This document shows positions 26,697 to 29,877 of a stretch of 29,877 bases of DNA, one piece after another; within the stretch, counting starts at the first letter, position 1, and the number at the start of each line of letters is the position of its first letter. The notes beneath the pieces are model-generated. The model was not told where the DNA came from and searched no databases. It worked only from the letters and a program-made list of their open reading frames with translations. This DNA is from Oligoflexales bacterium (GTDB lineage Bacteria; Bdellovibrionota_B; Oligoflexia; Oligoflexales; RGVZ01), in assembly GCA_044236265.1 (NCBI GenBank), contig JBIIGV010000023.1, positions 1 through 29,877 of the forward strand, written 5' to 3'. A program made the position numbers and the translations under genes.

Positions 26697-26725
26697 TTGC
26701 GCCTTTGTTTGCTACTTGCTACTCT
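26697..26725 (+). promoter_or_regulatory. Putative sigma70 promoter of the peptide ABC operon
   Basis: TTGCGC-17 nt-TACTCT with an extended TG, about 30 nt upstream of the ATG at 26756 (SD AAGGAG). Confidence 0.45.
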
Positions 26726-26755
26726 CAGGAAGCAATAAGCAAGGAGCAAAGAGTG

Positions 26756-27793
26756 ATGTCTAATTTGTCATCTGGTGATGCAGTGCTCAAAGTCGAAGGA
26801 TTGGTGACGTCCTTTCGTACTGATGATGGCACCGTGACCGCGTTAGATGGGGTTGGTTTTGATATTGGGCGCGGCAAGACCTTGGGCATCGTGGGAGAGT
26901 CTGGTTGCGGTAAGAGTGTCACCAGTCTTTCTATCATGGGATTGCTTCCCTCCGGTGTTGGTCGCATCGACGCTGGGAAAATTTTGTTTGAGGGGAAAAA
27001 CCTTGCGACGCTCCCCGAAGAAGAGATGCGAGACATTCGAGGCAACAAGATTGCCATGATCTTTCAGGAGCCGATGACGGCGCTGAATCCTGTTTTCACA
27101 GCGGGTGAGCAGATTATCGAAGTGTTTATGACCCACCGTAATATGGACCGCAGCGCCGCACGCAAAGCGGCACTTGCCATGATGGAGATGGTGAAGATTC
27201 CTGATCCAGAACGTCGTCTGGATGAGTATCCCCATCAGATGTCGGGCGGGATGAAGCAGCGGGTGATGATTGCAATGGCTCTCGCCTGCAAGCCAGCCGT
27301 TATTATTGCTGATGAGCCTACTACAGCTCTGGATGTGACGATTCAGTCACAGATTTTACGATTAATGCAAGACCTCCAAAAAGAAACTGGAACGTCGATC
27401 ATGTTCATCACTCACGATCTAGGTGTGATCGCTGAGATGGCAGACGATGTGGTTGTGATGTATGCCGGACAGGTGATTGAAAGAGCGGATGTGGTGACTC
27501 TTTTCGATCACCCTCTGCACCCATATACCAAAGGGCTACTGGCAAGTATTCCTCATGTCGGCCAGCATCGTGATAAGAAACTCAGTACAATTCGCGGTTC
27601 CGTTCCCTCATTAATGAATTTACCTGCAGGTTGCCGGTTTTACGGACGTTGTCCGTATCGTCAGCCCGAGTGTGAGAAGACGCGCCCAGCACTTGAGAGC
27701 TTTAAGGGTGCTCATGAAGTGGCCTGTCTTTTTGCAGGTCGCATCGATGCTGGAGAGATCAAGCCAAACTATGAAGCTTTGGGCGGTGAATGA
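26756..27793 (+). CDS. oppD: Oligopeptide/dipeptide ABC transporter ATP-binding protein (OppD/DppD)
   Basis: [46 protein letters not shown]-terminal GCRFYGRC...C...C. Start placed after SD AAGGAG. Confidence 0.93.
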   Translation: MSNLSSGDAVLKVEGLVTSFRTDDGTVTALDGVGFDIGRGKTLGIVGESGCGKSVTSLSIMGLLPSGVGRIDAGKILFEGKNLATLPEEEMRDIRGNKIAMIFQEPMTALNPVFTAGEQIIEVFMTHRNMDRSAARKAALAMMEMVKIPDPERRLDEYPHQMSGGMKQRVMIAMALACKPAVIIADEPTTALDVTIQSQILRLMQDLQKETGTSIMFITHDLGVIAEMADDVVVMYAGQVIERADVVTLFDHPLHPYTKGLLASIPHVGQHRDKKLSTIRGSVPSLMNLPAGCRFYGRCPYRQPECEKTRPALESFKGAHEVACLFAGRIDAGEIKPNYEALGGE

Positions 27794-28785
27794 TGTCAGA
27801 TGTTATTTTAGAGGTTAAAAATCTCTCCGTGCGTTTTCCGATCCGTAGCGGAATTTTGCAACGCCAAACTGGTGCCGTCCAGGCTGTTAGTGATGTGTCT
27901 TTGCAAGTAAGACGCGGCGAAACCTTAGGAGTTGTCGGTGAGTCTGGTTGTGGCAAGACCACACTAGGACGAGCTATCGTTCGCTTGTATGAGCCTAGTG
28001 ATGGGACCGTGACTTTTCGTGGAGAAGATATCACCCACAAGACTCATAAGGAGTTGAGCGCAACCCGCAAGCACATGCAGATGATCTTTCAAGATCCCTA
28101 TGCATCGTTAAACCCGCGGAAAAACGTGGGAGCAATTCTTGAAGAACCGCTACTGCTGAACACAAGCATGAATCGGGAGGAGCGCTTAGCGCGTGTACTG
28201 GAACTCATGGACCTAGTGGGCCTTCGTCGTGACGCAATGAATCGCTATCCGCATGAGTTCTCTGGTGGGCAGCGCCAGCGTATTGGCATCGCACGGGCGA
28301 TTGCACTCAACCCCGATCTAATTGTCGCCGACGAGGCTGTTTCGGCGTTGGATGTATCGATTCAAGCTCAGGTGATTAATCTTTTAGTGGAGCTGCAAAA
28401 AAAGCTTGGCATGGCATATGTGTTTGTAGCCCATGATCTGGCAGTTGTGCAGTACATCAGTGACCGGGTGGCGGTCATGTATCTCGGGCGCGTTGTTGAG
28501 TTGGGATCCAGCAAGGATGTATATGCCAATCCATCACATCCATACACAAAAGCGTTACTGGCAGCGATCCCAGCAGCGCATCCCAAGGACCGCAAAAAAG
28601 TACAACCACTCACCGGCGACGTTCCGAGTCCAGCGAATCCCCCGTCTGGATGTCATTTTCATCCTCGCTGTCAATTTGCGACTGATAAGTGCAAAGCGGA
28701 AGCTCCTGCATTGAGGCGCCTCGGTGATGTTGATGTAGCTTGTCACCATGCTGAAAAAATCAAATCCGGTGAGGTGAAGGCATGA
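27790..28785 (+). CDS. oppF: Oligopeptide/dipeptide ABC transporter ATP-binding protein (OppF/DppF)
   Basis: GESGCGKT, FQDPYASLNP, RYPHEFSGGQRQR, DEAVSALDVSIQAQ, GCHFHPRC; overlaps the oppD stop. Confidence 0.93.
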   Translation: MMSDVILEVKNLSVRFPIRSGILQRQTGAVQAVSDVSLQVRRGETLGVVGESGCGKTTLGRAIVRLYEPSDGTVTFRGEDITHKTHKELSATRKHMQMIFQDPYASLNPRKNVGAILEEPLLLNTSMNREERLARVLELMDLVGLRRDAMNRYPHEFSGGQRQRIGIARAIALNPDLIVADEAVSALDVSIQAQVINLLVELQKKLGMAYVFVAHDLAVVQYISDRVAVMYLGRVVELGSSKDVYANPSHPYTKALLAAIPAAHPKDRKKVQPLTGDVPSPANPPSGCHFHPRCQFATDKCKAEAPALRRLGDVDVACHHAEKIKSGEVKA

Positions 28786-29877
28786 AAGAGATATTTAGTC
28801 GCCGCATGAAAACCCTCGGTATGATTATGCTGACGAGTATGGTGTTATCGTCTTGCAGCTGCTCGAGTCGGGGTGGTCTTGATGGCAAAACCAAGGTGCT
28901 CAGAAAGGTTCTGACTGCTAAAGGTAAAAGTCTTGACCCCCATCGGCAATTTGATGCTGCAAGTTCTGAAGTGGTGACCTTGATTTTTGACAGTCTTTTT
29001 ACGACGCATTATTTGAAGCGCCCGATTGAGTTTGTACCAAATTTAGCAGAAGCGATGCCTGAATTTTCCAAAGACGGAAAAATGATGACGATTCGCTTGC
29101 GGCGCGATGTAAAGTTTCAAGACGGCGCCTGTTTTGCTGATGGTAAGGGCCGCGCCTTCAATTCTGCAGATGTGGTTTACTCGTTCACACGGTTTTCTGA
29201 CCCATTTGTGAATGCTAATAGTTATAGCTTGATCGAGGGTTTAGTCGTTGGTCTAGATGACGCTCGCAAAGCCATGGATAAGCTTGGAGAGGGGAAATAT
29301 AAATATGAGCAGTTTGACGTCGAGGGTCTTAAGGCGCTTGATGATTACACAGTACAGATAAAGCTTACGCGCCCCACCATGGTGCCGATGCAGGTTATGG
29401 CTAAGGCTATCATGTCTATTGTTCCGAAGGAGTGTGTTGAAAAATATGGAGAGGACTTCCAATTTCACCCACTGGGCACGGGAGCATTTGTCCTAAAGTA
29501 CACCAATCGCCTCGGCGATGTTTGGCTCAAGAAAAATCCTGATTATCACCTGACATATCCCACCGAAGGTGAGGCAGGTGATCAAGAGAAGGGTCTACTG
29601 GAATCTGCCGGAAAACGACTTCCTTTGGTGGACGAAATCTATGCTCCCGTAATTGAAGAATCTCAACCTGCTGTTTTGAAGTTTGAACGAGGCTATTTCG
29701 ATTGGATTGGTCTTGATTCGGACTCATTTAAACGATTGGCAGTGAAGACCGGGGACGGGCAGTTTGCCGTGCGTGGAAAGTATGAGAAAGACGTCGCATT
29801 GTACGCCGCTATGGACTCTTCGTCATTTTGGATCACGCTTAACATGCGCCATCCGTTCCTTGGCAAAAACTTGAAAT
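28782..29877 (+). CDS. Peptide ABC transporter substrate-binding lipoprotein (family 5, OppA/DppA-like), runs off the window end
   Basis: ATGA overlap with oppF. Own translation: MKEIFSRRMKTLGMIMLTSMVLSSC...KSLDP...IFDSLF..HYLKRP..VPNLAEAMP..SKDG..TIRLR.DVKFQD...ADVVYSF...HPLGTGAF...KNPDY. Absent from the ORF track because it has no stop in the window. Confidence 0.92.
   Translation, partial: MKEIFSRRMKTLGMIMLTSMVLSSCSCSSRGGLDGKTKVLRKVLTAKGKSLDPHRQFDAASSEVVTLIFDSLFTTHYLKRPIEFVPNLAEAMPEFSKDGKMMTIRLRRDVKFQDGACFADGKGRAFNSADVVYSFTRFSDPFVNANSYSLIEGLVVGLDDARKAMDKLGEGKYKYEQFDVEGLKALDDYTVQIKLTRPTMVPMQVMAKAIMSIVPKECVEKYGEDFQFHPLGTGAFVLKYTNRLGDVWLKKNPDYHLTYPTEGEAGDQEKGLLESAGKRLPLVDEIYAPVIEESQPAVLKFERGYFDWIGLDSDSFKRLAVKTGDGQFAVRGKYEKDVALYAAMDSSSFWITLNMRHPFLGKNLK

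Noticed and set aside
1..29877. Many 60-140 aa alternative-frame ORFs in the track
   Set aside because: They overlap well-supported genes, mostly antisense, and show no recognisable motifs.
26756..29877. ATPase-first order (oppD-oppF-oppA) with no permeases
   Set aside because: Gene order in peptide ABC operons is variable, and the permeases probably lie beyond the window end.

Overview
Bacterial chromosomal window, most likely from a Bdellovibrionota/Oligoflexia-like or other delta-proteobacterial lineage. That assignment is an inference from gene content and protein style. The housekeeping core is proteostasis and export: a Deg/HtrA-type PDZ protease (5' end outside the window) followed by a paralogue lacking the catalytic triad, ybaK, fused secDF, and tig-clpP-clpX-lon. 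The tig-clpP junction is interrupted by about 3.9 kb carrying five accessory genes. The window ends in an oppD-oppF-oppA-type peptide ABC transporter. Most interesting candidates: (1) an orphan cytoplasmic PAS histidine kinase translationally coupled to a multi-TM protein with what looks like a degenerate class III nucleotide cyclase domain; (2) five co-oriented exported proteins (lipase-like hydrolase, coupled partner, secreted NTAQ1/WDYHV-like Cys-His-Asp deamidase, small secreted protein, caspase-fold His-Cys lipoprotein) directly upstream of the peptide importer; (3) an active protease/pseudoprotease pair; (4) a 49-aa membrane protein missed by the ORF track. No rRNA, tRNA, CRISPR array or transposase was recognised. 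All family calls are by-eye motif recognition, not database searches.
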